DNA of 63,663 nt, the filler included, from Candidatus Fermentibacterota bacterium (lineage in GTDB: Bacteria; JAFGKV01), in the NCBI GenBank assembly GCA_016928395.1. It is 5 parts of 5 records of this genome, joined end to end, with 100 filler letters (N's around TTAATTAATTAA, not from the genome) between each part and the next. Parts side by side here need not be neighbours in the genome. Positions count along the whole stretch, not along the records: positions 28,403 to 59,010 come from JAFGKV010000019.1; 4 more parts are not named here. One strand, given 5' to 3'. Every line of letters begins with the position of its first letter. The stretch's first letter is position 1. Positions 37,061 through 47,345 of the stretch are shown here, piece after piece. The position numbers were made by a program, and so were the translations under genes. Below the pieces are notes generated by a model. The model did no database searches. It was not told the origin of the DNA and saw nothing but the letters and a program-made list of their open reading frames with translations.

Positions 37061-39613
37061 ATGCCACTACTGGAGAAACTCGGCTCGTTCTACCTCGGCC
37101 GTGAATACGACCTGGCCGGCTCGAAACGCCTGGAAACGCCCATCATGTACGACGCCCGGGATATGGTGACCCACGGGGTATGCGTGGGCATGACGGGCTC
37201 GGGTAAGACCGGGCTGTGCATTGACCTGCTCGAGGAGGCCGCCATTGACCGTGTACCTGCGATCATTATCGACCCCAAGGGCGACATCGGTAACCTGCTG
37301 CTGACCTTCCCGGATCTGAGACCGGAAGATTTCGAGCCCTGGCTAAATGTGGACGATGCGCGGCGCAAGGGCATGACCACAGGCGACTATGCCCGCACCA
37401 TGGCCCAGACATGGTCCAAGGGCCTGGCGGAGTGGGAGCAGGGCCCTGAGAGAATTCGCCTTCTCAAGAGCAGCGCCGACTTCCGCATCTACACGCCGGG
37501 CTCCGAGGCGGGGTTCCCGGTCTCCATTCTGGCCTCCCTCAAGGCGCCTCCCCTGAGGTGGGACGACGATGCCGAGTTGCTGCGGGATCAGATTCAGGGC
37601 ACGGTGAGCGCCTTGCTCGGACTGGCCGGCATGACGGTCGATCCGCTGCAGAGCCGCGAGCACATCCTGCTCTCCAACATCTTCGAGCATTTCTGGCGAC
37701 GCAACGAAGACCTCGACATGGCCCGGGTCATCACGGCCATCCAGACGCCCCCCATCCGGCAGTTGGGCGTCTTCGATGTGGACACCTTCTTTCCCCAGAA
37801 GGACCGGTTCGGCCTGGCCTTGGCGCTCAACAACATCATCGCGGCGCCCGGATTCCAGTCGTGGCTCAAGGGGGAACCTCTGGATGTGGCATCGCTGCTC
37901 TACGATTCCCACGGGAACCCTCGCCACAGCATCTTCTACATCGCGCATCTCAGCGACGCGGAGAGGATGTTCTTCGTTACGCTGCTTCTGGAGCAGATGG
38001 TAACCTGGGTGCGCACTCAGGCGGGCACCACCAGCCTCCGGGCACTGCTGTACTTCGACGAGGTGTTCGGCTTCCTCCCACCGACAGCCATGCCGCCCTC
38101 GAAACGCCCAATCCTAACCTTGCTCAAGCAGGCCCGGGCATTCGGGTTGGGAGTACTGCTCTGTACGCAAAACCCGATGGATTTGGACTACAAGGCCATG
38201 AGCAATGCTGGCACGTGGTTCATCGGCAAACTGCAGACAGATCGCGACAAGGCCCGGATGCTGGATGGGCTGGAATCGGTCAGCGCTGAAGGGGGAACAC
38301 GGCCCGACCGTGCAACTCTCGACCGGCTCATCTCCGGTCTGGGTTCCCGGAAGTTCCTGCTCCACAACGTACACCAACCGGATCCGGTGGTATTCGAGAC
38401 TCGATGGGCCATGAGCTACCTCAGGGGGCCGATCACGCGCAACCAGGTGCGCGACCTCATGGCGCCGCTGAAAACCCAAAATCCGGACCCTGTGGCAGCC
38501 CCCGCTTTGGGCATGGCCGGGATGACCGCCCCCGGATCGGTGCAGGCGGCGCCATCTGTCGGCGTTTCCGTCCCGGCTTCGGCGGCGGCCTTGGCTGACC
38601 ACGGCCGGACAGCCTACACCACGAATCCGCCGGTGCTGAGCAAGGTGCCCACGGTGTTTCTGCCCCTGCGCGTGAGCGCGACCCATGCCGCCGGCCTCTC
38701 ACCTGGTGTCGTGCCTGCGCAGGCCTCCGGCGCGTTGGTGTACGATCCGTATCTCGTGGTGCTCGCGTCCGTCGGGTTTGTTGATTCCAAGGCCCTGCTG
38801 AACGCGACGCAGCAGGTCGGCGTGCTTCTCGCGGGGGAGGATCTGGTCCCCATCGTGCAGTGGCCGAACGCCGAACTGGTAGAGCTGGAAGCCTCGGGGC
38901 TCGCCACGCAACCTGAACCCGGCGCGTTGTTCTGCCCGGTTCCCTCGCCGCTGTCCACTGCCGCGGGAGTCAAAGCCCTGGAGCGAACTGCCGCCGAGTA
39001 TCTGGCCCGGGAGCAGGCCATCGAGCTGTGGCACAGCCCGACATTGAAACTGTACGCCCAGCCCGGCGAGACAGAAGCGCAGTTTCGAATCAGAGTTGGG
39101 CAGATCGCCCGGGAGCAACGTGATACCGAGGTTGAAAAGCTCCGGAGTGGCGCCGAGACGCAGATCCAGCGTCTGGAGGCCCAGCGGGAGCGTTTAGGAC
39201 GAAGTCTGGCCCAGGATCGCGAGCGGCTCTCTGGGCGACGGAGCGAGGAACTGGTCTCAGCAGGTGAGACCGTGCTCGGCATGCTGGGGCTATTTGGGAA
39301 GCGGCGCAGGCCCGCGCTGACCCGGGTAGCTACGAAGCGCAGAATGACCAGTACCGCCAAGGCTGCCGTGGAGGAGTCTGAGCAGGCGATCCGCCGACTG
39401 CGTCAGGATATCGACGACCTCCAGCGCACGCTGCAGGATCAAGCCGACGATGTGGCCCGGAAATGGAGCGACGCGTCGAACCTGATCGAGACCTATGTGG
39501 TCAGGCCCAAGAAGACCAATGTGCGGATCACTTTGGCCGCATTGGCATGGGTTCCCTCCTGGGAGTTTTCGGGCGCTCAGGGCGCGACGCAGCGAGTTCC
39601 TGGGTGGCGGTGA
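37061..39613 (+). CDS. HerA/FtsK-superfamily ATPase (DUF87/DUF853-like) with C-terminal coiled coil
   Basis: HGVCVGMTGSGKT, IIDPKGD, LLYFDEVFG, LLKQARAFG, TQNPMDLDYK. Confidence 0.85.
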   Translation: MPLLEKLGSFYLGREYDLAGSKRLETPIMYDARDMVTHGVCVGMTGSGKTGLCIDLLEEAAIDRVPAIIIDPKGDIGNLLLTFPDLRPEDFEPWLNVDDARRKGMTTGDYARTMAQTWSKGLAEWEQGPERIRLLKSSADFRIYTPGSEAGFPVSILASLKAPPLRWDDDAELLRDQIQGTVSALLGLAGMTVDPLQSREHILLSNIFEHFWRRNEDLDMARVITAIQTPPIRQLGVFDVDTFFPQKDRFGLALALNNIIAAPGFQSWLKGEPLDVASLLYDSHGNPRHSIFYIAHLSDAERMFFVTLLLEQMVTWVRTQAGTTSLRALLYFDEVFGFLPPTAMPPSKRPILTLLKQARAFGLGVLLCTQNPMDLDYKAMSNAGTWFIGKLQTDRDKARMLDGLESVSAEGGTRPDRATLDRLISGLGSRKFLLHNVHQPDPVVFETRWAMSYLRGPITRNQVRDLMAPLKTQNPDPVAAPALGMAGMTAPGSVQAAPSVGVSVPASAAALADHGRTAYTTNPPVLSKVPTVFLPLRVSATHAAGLSPGVVPAQASGALVYDPYLVVLASVGFVDSKALLNATQQVGVLLAGEDLVPIVQWPNAELVELEASGLATQPEPGALFCPVPSPLSTAAGVKALERTAAEYLAREQAIELWHSPTLKLYAQPGETEAQFRIRVGQIAREQRDTEVEKLRSGAETQIQRLEAQRERLGRSLAQDRERLSGRRSEELVSAGETVLGMLGLFGKRRRPALTRVATKRRMTSTAKAAVEESEQAIRRLRQDIDDLQRTLQDQADDVARKWSDASNLIETYVVRPKKTNVRITLAALAWVPSWEFSGAQGATQRVPGWR

Positions 39614-39751
39614 CGGGAGAGGCAGGGCTTTACGCGGCGTGTACGGCTGTCCCGCCTCCAGAGGAGTATGCGGGGTTCAGGGTTCATTCGGGCCTCTGAG
39701 AGCGCGGGGCGCACTCAGACTTCTCAAGGGTGAGAGTACGCCCCGCAGCGG

Positions 39752-40831
39752 TTACTGAAGCAGCTTGAACACGATCACTGCAACGGCGATGACGGCTATC
39801 ACGAAGAACACGATCTTCGTCTTCGACCACGGACGCTCGCCTTGGACGGCCCCTGTTCGACCGTTGACGATGAACCGGTAGACCTTGTTCCGATAGCGAT
39901 ACGCGCTGATCCAAAGAGGCAGGAGGATGTGCTTGTAGGTGATGTTGTCATAGCGGGTCTTCACCGCGTGGATGCGCTGATGATCGCCGCCGATGTCGCG
40001 ACAGATTGATGACCTGATCGTCCGATCCATGATGCCCTTGGCGAGGTCAAACCCTCCTTGGAGATCAACCTGATACGCCTCCGCGCCGAACCCACTCAGA
40101 TACTCGTCGCGGTAGGGAACAAGGCTCTTTAGATCCCACGGTTCCAGGCGTTCGGTCTTGGAACGAGGCAGGGAATTGCTGGCCAGCACCAGCACGTCGT
40201 CAAAGTCATTCCGAACGACGCCGCTGGCCGGTCTCCACCTGATCTTCACAACCTGACGGGTTCTGGTTATTAGCCGTCCCTGAGTGTCCTTGGTTTGGTA
40301 TGTCTCGCTCACCGTGTAGTTGTCGCCGCGCTCACCGGTGTACTGACTCGTCGTGTTGGTGTCGTATGTCCAGTAGGGGATGTACATACCCTTCAGGGAG
40401 TCCGATGCCCGCGCGAAGGACTTAAGAGTACCGGGGGCGAACCACAGTTTCTTGAGCCAGGCGCGGAAACGGCCCCATGCCTCGTTCTGGGTGACCTTGA
40501 AAGGCAGGAGCGCCCGTGGTTTGAGGAATCGATGGGGCTGTGCCTTCACCATGAATTGGGTGCCGCAGAACGGGCAGTGACTCAGTGTCGTATGCGACTC
40601 AACGGTGGAAGTTGCTCCGCATGCGGTGCAGGTTGCCGTGGTGGCTTCCATGGTCTCCTCGCTGGCGGATGCCTCTGCCAGGTAGGCATGGAAGTCTAGC
40701 TCAAAGATTTCCTCGGCTGACTCCGGTATCTGGTTGTCGGCCCCGCAGTAGGGGCACTTCAGTACGCCGGCGCCGGGGGCGAACTCAAGCCTTGCGCCGC
40801 AAGACTTGCAGGGAAAGATCGTGGCAGACAA
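39752..40831 (-). CDS. Double zinc-ribbon membrane protein (YdjG-like)
   Basis: CKSCGA/CPYCG and CTACGA/CPFCG; YIPYWTYD; NGRTGAVQGERP; C-terminal TM. Confidence 0.85.
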   Translation of the reverse strand: MSATIFPCKSCGARLEFAPGAGVLKCPYCGADNQIPESAEEIFELDFHAYLAEASASEETMEATTATCTACGATSTVESHTTLSHCPFCGTQFMVKAQPHRFLKPRALLPFKVTQNEAWGRFRAWLKKLWFAPGTLKSFARASDSLKGMYIPYWTYDTNTTSQYTGERGDNYTVSETYQTKDTQGRLITRTRQVVKIRWRPASGVVRNDFDDVLVLASNSLPRSKTERLEPWDLKSLVPYRDEYLSGFGAEAYQVDLQGGFDLAKGIMDRTIRSSICRDIGGDHQRIHAVKTRYDNITYKHILLPLWISAYRYRNKVYRFIVNGRTGAVQGERPWSKTKIVFFVIAVIAVAVIVFKLLQ

Positions 40832-40846
40832 GGGAGCCCTGCGGGT

Positions 40847-41947
40847 TCAGTCGATGGGCGGGGGAACCGGTGGTGGAACCTGAGAGAAGAGATTCGCAAG
40901 CTCCGGAATCTGGCCCGCGGGCGTCCAGTTGGCCATGCCCTGCTTCCACACCAAGGTCTCCAAGGTCAAGGAGCCATTGAGTACCTGCTGCTGCAGGGCA
41001 GCCGTATCAAAGGGGCCGGTCTGAGTCCCGCCAACGGCCACGAAGAACTGCACGGGGGTTGGGACTGGGGGGGGTGTCGCGGGCTGCTGGCTTTGCTGCG
41101 CTGCCTGTGCCATCTGGCCGGCCATGGCGAATCCCATCCCTAGGCCGACTCCGCTGGCGGCGACGCCTCCCGGGTTGGACGCCGCATCGCGGATGGCTCC
41201 GGCGGTTTCATACTGCGTGTATGCCTGCAGGTTGCCGACGGCTCTGACCGCACCGCCTTTGTCGATGGCCTTCTCGACCTCCTCGGGAAGCCCGATGTCC
41301 TGTACCTGGACCTCGGGAAGATCCAGGCCGTACTTGGCAAAGTCAGGTGCGATGCGATCCCGCAACATCGTGCCCATGAGCATGACCTTGCCTTCGAGAT
41401 CGATGATGGGGATCCCGAGTTCCGGCATGACCTCTTTGATGCGCATGCCGATTTTGCCCCGGAGATTCGCCTCGATGCCTTCGAGAGTGAACGTGCCGTC
41501 GGTGCCGACGATTTCTCGCAGGAACACGCCCGGTTCCTTGACCCTGATTGAATAAAGACCAAAGGCAGTGACGCGGACTGCGCCGAACTCCGGATCCCGC
41601 ATGGTGCAGGGACCGGGCGTCCCCCACTTGAGGGAGGTGAACTGGCGGGTACTCACGAAGTATACCTCGGCCTTGAACGGGCTGTTGAATCCATACTTCC
41701 AGCCCTTGAGCGTTGTGAGAATCGGCATGTTCTGCGTATACAGGGTATAGGTGCCGGGATGGTAGATGTCGGCCAGGTATCCTTCATTGATGAAGACCGC
41801 GGCCTGGCCCTCCCGGACCACGAGCTTGGCGCCGTACTTGATCTCATTGCCGTACCGTTCGAAGCGGTAGACCAAGGTGTTTCCGGTGTCATCGAGCCAT
41901 TCGATGATGTCAACGAATTGGCTGCGGAGTTTGCCGATGAGACCCAT
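40847..41947 (-). CDS. SPFH domain protein (YdjI-like) with C-terminal GYF_2/DUF4339 domain
   Basis: IIEWLD, LVVREGQAAVF, KWGTPGP, GMGFAMA, QTGPF...LVWKQGMANW; AGGAGG RBS. Confidence 0.88.
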   Translation of the reverse strand: MGLIGKLRSQFVDIIEWLDDTGNTLVYRFERYGNEIKYGAKLVVREGQAAVFINEGYLADIYHPGTYTLYTQNMPILTTLKGWKYGFNSPFKAEVYFVSTRQFTSLKWGTPGPCTMRDPEFGAVRVTAFGLYSIRVKEPGVFLREIVGTDGTFTLEGIEANLRGKIGMRIKEVMPELGIPIIDLEGKVMLMGTMLRDRIAPDFAKYGLDLPEVQVQDIGLPEEVEKAIDKGGAVRAVGNLQAYTQYETAGAIRDAASNPGGVAASGVGLGMGFAMAGQMAQAAQQSQQPATPPPVPTPVQFFVAVGGTQTGPFDTAALQQQVLNGSLTLETLVWKQGMANWTPAGQIPELANLFSQVPPPVPPPID

Positions 41948-42269
41948 TGAAATCCTCCTGGGTGACATGTAGGACTGTGCAAGAAAACAGCACACGGATG
42001 AGCAAGATACGCGCTTGATCCCGAGGTTCAAGCCGAGAGTGGAAGGGAGGCTGTGCGCGACTTCCCGGCGTGCGTCTCGGGGCACCGAATCCCCGGATCC
42101 CGAACCCGAAACGGACGAAGGGTGCGCAGGGAACGAAGTGAAACGCTGAGGGAATGTAGAGGTTACGGGCCGGGTGAGACTGGGAGCAGACGGCTGACAG
42201 CCACCAGTAGCGCCGGGCTGAATGCACCCCATGGACTGCATACTGCTTCGCGCAGCGAGACCCGCGAAC

Positions 42270-43778
42270 CTAGCCCTGGGGAGGCCGGGGGAGGCCAGTC
42301 GACAGCGCGCGTTTGAGGATCTTGCCGCTTGGGGTCTTTGGGAGCGAGGGCAGCAAAATGATCCGCGGCACTTTGAAGGGCTCCAGGCGCTCCCGGCAGA
42401 AAGCCCTGAGCACCTGTGCGGTAATGGTCTCGCCCGGCGCGCATGCCACGAAGGCAAGGAGCCGGTCCTGGCCGTTTTCCGGGACCACCGCAGCTTCGGC
42501 AACCTTGGGATGGGCCAGGAGGGTCTGCTCGATCTCGGAGGGGAATACCTTGAGGGCTTTGACTTTGATCATTTCGTCCGTGCGGCCCCGGAAGAAGTAA
42601 AACCCCTGAGTGTCGCAGGTGAACACATCGCCTGAATGATACCACCCATCGCGAAACGCCAGGGCGGTCTCATCAGGCAAACGGAAATACTCCCTGGCCA
42701 AAGATGGCCCTCTCAAGAGCAGTTCACCCTCCTGGTCAGAGTCGGAGGGGTCGTCCGATGTCAGTTGCGACCGGAATCCCGGGCACAGTTTCCCCACTGA
42801 ACCCTGGATTCGGCATTGACCTGAAGGAGAGGCTACGGCAATCCCTCCCGCCTCGGTACATCCCCAGACAGGGGTCAGCGGGATTCCCAGCCTGGATCTG
42901 TATCGCTCGATCAGCGGTTCCGGCGTTACCGCGCCGCCGGATTCCAGCAGTCGGAGGGTGGCGAATCTCGGATCGTCGATTCGTCGTGACAGGAGGCTGT
43001 ACACCGTAGGAACGGCCATGATGCAGGTCACCCCGTGCCGCGCGACCGCCTCAGCGATGGTGGAGGGGCGCAGACTGTCCACACACACCAGCATGCCGCC
43101 CAGCACAGCAGCCCGGGCGACGGTTTCATGCGGGTGGGCAAAGGCGGCAAAGAGGGACAGATGCCGGTCGTGGGGTTGTAGCCCCAGTGCCTGAATCGCA
43201 CTGAGGGAAATGGAGTGAATGCTCCCGTGGGTACGGGGCACGCCTTTGGGCATCCCGGTGGATCCCGAGGTGAAATCGACATAGCAGGTGTCGTCCGGCT
43301 CGAAATCCGGTGCCGGCAGCGTTGCTTTGGTTCGCTCCCTTGATGTCCACGGCTCTGTGTCCCCGCCGGCAGGCGCCATGATCCAGCGCTCTGACGGGGG
43401 CAGGATCCGACGGTAGCGAACCAGGAGATGCGCCGATGCTTCGTCTGCAATGATCCAGTCGGGATTGATGTAGGTGATAAGGGCGCTCAGCGACTGCGGC
43501 GACAGCCACTTGTTGGCTGGGGCCAGCACGACCTTGGCCCACGATGCCGCCAGCAAGGCCAAGACAGCGTCTCTCCGGGTGCTCAGCAGGCTCAAGACGA
43601 GATCTTTCGGGTGCATACCGAGGCCCAGGAATCCCGCAGCCCGGCGCGCCGAATCCTCGGCGCATGCAGAGTAGGTCGTGACGCCATCGGCCCATGCGAG
43701 AAATGGAGCGTCGGGCGTCCGAGCAGCCCGGTCGGCGATGATGGCCGGCAGAGAAGCGTAGTGTGCACAGGGGTCCAC
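42270..43778 (-). CDS. Class I adenylate-forming enzyme (acyl-CoA synthetase)
   Basis: FTSGSTGMPKG, WGCTEAG, WYHSGD, GRTDEMIK, LPKTPSGKI. Start inferred at GTG 43778. Confidence 0.9.
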   Translation of the reverse strand: MDPCAHYASLPAIIADRAARTPDAPFLAWADGVTTYSACAEDSARRAAGFLGLGMHPKDLVLSLLSTRRDAVLALLAASWAKVVLAPANKWLSPQSLSALITYINPDWIIADEASAHLLVRYRRILPPSERWIMAPAGGDTEPWTSRERTKATLPAPDFEPDDTCYVDFTSGSTGMPKGVPRTHGSIHSISLSAIQALGLQPHDRHLSLFAAFAHPHETVARAAVLGGMLVCVDSLRPSTIAEAVARHGVTCIMAVPTVYSLLSRRIDDPRFATLRLLESGGAVTPEPLIERYRSRLGIPLTPVWGCTEAGGIAVASPSGQCRIQGSVGKLCPGFRSQLTSDDPSDSDQEGELLLRGPSLAREYFRLPDETALAFRDGWYHSGDVFTCDTQGFYFFRGRTDEMIKVKALKVFPSEIEQTLLAHPKVAEAAVVPENGQDRLLAFVACAPGETITAQVLRAFCRERLEPFKVPRIILLPSLPKTPSGKILKRALSTGLPRPPQG

Positions 43779-44082
43779 GGGCCCTTCCTGGTTACGGAGT
43801 ATCGGCACGAGTCGCACAGAGTAGTGGAAAATCGGAGGATACACCCCTAACATAGAGCGGGCGCGTATCTGTGTGCAAGAGGAGTGTGGTAGCAGCCCGG
43901 CCATGGAACCATTCCGTTCCATCGGTGTAAGAGGCGTGAAGAACCGCTGCATCGCCGCCGGTGGTGTGACTCACCGGCCTACCCACGCGTCGAGCAACCG
44001 CTTGAGAATCGCCTTCGTGAACCCCGGAATGTCATGGCCGCGGGTGTGCGAGGGCTCTTCGCAGTATGGAGGTGCCTCTGCG

Positions 44083-45027
44083 ATGATAGAAGTCAGCAAT
44101 GTGACGAAGCGATTCGGCCCCACCGTGGCCGTTCGCAACGTGAGCTTCTCTGTTCCAAGGGGCGAGGTGCTTGGGCTCCTCGGTCCCAATGGCGCGGGGA
44201 AGACCACGACCATGCGCATCCTCACCTGCTATATGCCCGCCGATGAGGGAACCGCGCGGGTCGCCGGGTTTGACGTGCATGCAGACCCGCTGGAGGTGCG
44301 CAAGCGCATCGGGTATCTGCCCGAGAACGCGCCGCTCTACAAGGAGATGTACGCCCTCTCGTTTCTTGACTTCCTCTCCAGGGTTCGGGGGATACCTCAG
44401 TCCCGGCGTAAAGCTCAGATTGACCGCGTGATCCAGACGTGTGGCCTTGAGGGAGTGCTGCACAAGCGAATCGGCGAGATGTCCAAAGGGTATCAGCAGC
44501 GGGTCGGCCTCGCCCAGACTCTTATTCATGAGCCGGAGGTGCTCATCCTCGATGAGCCCACCACCGGTCTCGATCCTAATCAGATAAAGGAAATACGGAT
44601 GCTGATCCAGGAGATCGGCCGCGAGAAGACCATCATCCTCTCGACCCACATCCTTCCCGAGGTGCAGGCGACCTGCAATCGGGTGCTCATCATGCGCAAT
44701 GCCGAGCTGGTGGCCGACGGATCACCGCAGGAACTCTCGCGGCGGGCGGCCGGGAACGAACTGGTGGCGGTCGAAGCCCGAGGATCTGAGGACGAGATCC
44801 GTCAGGGGCTTGCGGCGGTTCCAGGCGTCAAAGCCGTCACCTTGGTGCATACTGAAGGCCCGTTCTCGCGGTTTGAACTCATGACGGCCGACGGTAAGGC
44901 TGCGGCGGAAGCTGTGTTTGACGCCGCGGTGCGGTCCGGGTGGACACTGCGGGAGCTGAAGGCTGAGGCGGTCAGCCTGGAGCAGGTCTTCTATGAACTC
45001 ACCATCGGAGAGAAGGAGGACCAATGA
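44083..45027 (+). CDS. ABC transporter ATP-binding protein (GldA-like)
   Basis: GPNGAGKTT, MSKGYQQRVG, LDEPTTGLDPNQ. Confidence 0.92.
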   Translation: MIEVSNVTKRFGPTVAVRNVSFSVPRGEVLGLLGPNGAGKTTTMRILTCYMPADEGTARVAGFDVHADPLEVRKRIGYLPENAPLYKEMYALSFLDFLSRVRGIPQSRRKAQIDRVIQTCGLEGVLHKRIGEMSKGYQQRVGLAQTLIHEPEVLILDEPTTGLDPNQIKEIRMLIQEIGREKTIILSTHILPEVQATCNRVLIMRNAELVADGSPQELSRRAAGNELVAVEARGSEDEIRQGLAAVPGVKAVTLVHTEGPFSRFELMTADGKAAAEAVFDAAVRSGWTLRELKAEAVSLEQVFYELTIGEKEDQ

Positions 45028-45740
45028 GGAACACCATCGCGATCGCCCGCCGGGAGTTCCAGGGCTACTTCACCTCCCTTATCGCCTACGTTTTTCTGGT
45101 GATCTACTTGCTGCTTACGAGCTGGCTGTTCTTCCGGGTGTTCTTCCTGAACGGCCAGGCCTCGATGAGGCTTATGTTTGACATTCTGCCCTGGGTGTTC
45201 CTGTTCTTCGTTCCCGCGGTCACGATGAGGCTGTGGGCGGAAGAGAAGAAGGTCGGCACCATGGAATTGCTGATGACGCTTCCCGTGAAGGATTCGGAGG
45301 CGGTCTTGGGCAAGTTTCTGGGTGCGCTGGGATTGCTGGTTCTGGCCTTGGCGCTGACCTTTCCAATCCCGGTGATCGTGGCGAGTCTCGGGAATCTTGA
45401 CTTTGGGCCTGTAGTCGGAGGCTATGTCGCGGCGATCCTGATGGGCGCAGCCTATCTGGCCATCGGCGTGTTTGTTTCGAGCCTGACGCAGAACCAGATC
45501 GTCGCGTTCATCCTCGGCGTAGTCATTATCTTCGGCCTGTACATGATCGGGTCCGACATCGTGCTGTACTCGGTGCCGGCCAGGGTCGCGTCAGTGCTCG
45601 AGTACATGAGCCTTGGCACCCATTTCGAGAGCATCGGTCGCGGTGTGATCGACAGCCGGGATGTGATCTACTACCTCTCAGTCATCGGATTCTTCCTCTA
45701 CCTGAACGTGCGCTCGATAGAAAGCCGGAAGTGGAGGTAG
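45024..45740 (+). CDS. ABC-2 permease (GldF-like)
   Basis: PAVTMRLWAEEKKVGTMELL, RGVIDSRD. Confidence 0.9.
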   Translation: MRNTIAIARREFQGYFTSLIAYVFLVIYLLLTSWLFFRVFFLNGQASMRLMFDILPWVFLFFVPAVTMRLWAEEKKVGTMELLMTLPVKDSEAVLGKFLGALGLLVLALALTFPIPVIVASLGNLDFGPVVGGYVAAILMGAAYLAIGVFVSSLTQNQIVAFILGVVIIFGLYMIGSDIVLYSVPARVASVLEYMSLGTHFESIGRGVIDSRDVIYYLSVIGFFLYLNVRSIESRKWR

Positions 45741-45743
45741 ATC

Positions 45744-47345
45744 ATGGTCGCACGAAACGTTCGCTCCGGTTCCACCATCGTCGCGCTCTCAGTGCTTCTT
45801 CTCCTTATCATCGCGGTCGTCAACCTGATCGCCGACAGGGTCTTCACTCGCCTTGATCTCACAGAGAACAGGGAATACACGATCAGCAGCTCGACGAAGA
45901 AGCTGCTTAGGAACCTCGACGATGTTGTCAACATCAAGGTCTACTTCTCCAAAGACCTTCCCTCCTACATGGCAAGCCTCCCCAAGAGCGTGCGGGATCT
46001 GACGGACGAGTTCTCCGCCTTCGGCCGGGGGAAGGTTCGGGTGCAGTGGGAAGACCCCGATGCCTCCCCTGAACAGGCAAACAAACTTCGCTCCATGGGA
46101 ATCCCTCAGGTACAGCTTGACGTGATTCAGAAAGACAAGCGTGAAGTTGCCAATGTCTACCTCGGCATGGCGGTGCTCTACGAGGATCGCCACGAAGTGC
46201 TGCCCGTGGTGCAAGGTCCATGGGGTCTAGAGTATGAGCTGGTCGCGGCGATCCTGAAGGTCACGCGAACGGAGAACCCCAAGGTCGGCATTGTCTCCCG
46301 CTACGGCCAGCAGGATCTGGATGCCCGCTACTCGGAGATGCTGCGAGCGCTCAGAAAGCAGTACGATGTGGAGGTGCTCGATCTCGAGGGCGGTGCTAAG
46401 GCGATTGCCGACGACCTCACCACGCTTGTTCTTCTGGGGCCGAAAGACCTGTCGGATCTCGAGAAGTACCGCATCGACCAGTTCATCATGCGCGGAGGCA
46501 AGATCCTGGCCATGCTTGATGCTCTGGAGTTGGAGGGTGGTGTGCTGCAGGGTTCGCGCATGTCCTCGGGCATGGAGGACATGGTGGCCCGGTACGGGAT
46601 CAGATGTAACAACGACCTGGTGGTTGACCCGGTGTCGGCCACGGCTTCGTTCGCCAGCGGCTTCTTCCGCTTCATGTCCAACTACTATCTCTGGCCCAAG
46701 GTCATCCAGCAGGGGTTCAACCGCGAGCACCCTGTCATCAGCAAGCTGGAATCCATGTCGCTGCCGTGGACGCGGTCATTCGAGGCCGTGAGCAATCCTC
46801 CGGATTCGGTGGAGGTCACGCTTCTCGCCAGTTCTTCGGCCAATAGCTGGACCACCACCGATTTCACCAATCTGAATCCCCAACAGCAGTGGAATCCGAA
46901 ACCAGAGGATCTCCGGCCTCGGGGGCTCGCCTACGCGGTGACCGGCGTCATCCCCAGCTTCTTTGCTGGCCGGCCTGTCCCTGCGCCGGCCGACAGTGGC
47001 GCGGCGCCCGTTGACGATGCAGAGCGAAGGGACTCCAGCCTGCCCACGCAGATCATCGTTTTAGGTTCGACATACTTCTGCATCGACCAGCAGTTGCCGG
47101 GCAACATGACGTTCTTGCTCAACTCGGTTGACTGGATGTCACTGGGTGATGAACTGATCGGTATCAGGAGTCGTCAATCCACCGACCGGCCGCTGAAGGC
47201 CGTCTCGGAAGGCACCAAGCGCCTGGTCCGCATTCTGGGCATCGCGCTTGTCCCGGTGCTCATCGTGATTGTGGGGTTTGCGCGGTGGCTGGCGGGGAGC
47301 CGTGTCCGGAAGCTGGCTGAGACCGAGACAGGGGGAGTGCAATGA
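45744..47345 (+). CDS. GldG-family ABC auxiliary protein
   Basis: RLDLTENREYTIS, IDQFIMRGG, FLLNSVDWM...LIGIRSR. Confidence 0.88.
   Translation: MVARNVRSGSTIVALSVLLLLIIAVVNLIADRVFTRLDLTENREYTISSSTKKLLRNLDDVVNIKVYFSKDLPSYMASLPKSVRDLTDEFSAFGRGKVRVQWEDPDASPEQANKLRSMGIPQVQLDVIQKDKREVANVYLGMAVLYEDRHEVLPVVQGPWGLEYELVAAILKVTRTENPKVGIVSRYGQQDLDARYSEMLRALRKQYDVEVLDLEGGAKAIADDLTTLVLLGPKDLSDLEKYRIDQFIMRGGKILAMLDALELEGGVLQGSRMSSGMEDMVARYGIRCNNDLVVDPVSATASFASGFFRFMSNYYLWPKVIQQGFNREHPVISKLESMSLPWTRSFEAVSNPPDSVEVTLLASSSANSWTTTDFTNLNPQQQWNPKPEDLRPRGLAYAVTGVIPSFFAGRPVPAPADSGAAPVDDAERRDSSLPTQIIVLGSTYFCIDQQLPGNMTFLLNSVDWMSLGDELIGIRSRQSTDRPLKAVSEGTKRLVRILGIALVPVLIVIVGFARWLAGSRVRKLAETETGGVQ

Noticed and set aside
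37061..41947. HerA ATPase plus SPFH and zinc-ribbon genes as one anti-phage system
   Set aside because: The genes are convergent rather than an operon, and no nuclease or Sir2 effector is present.
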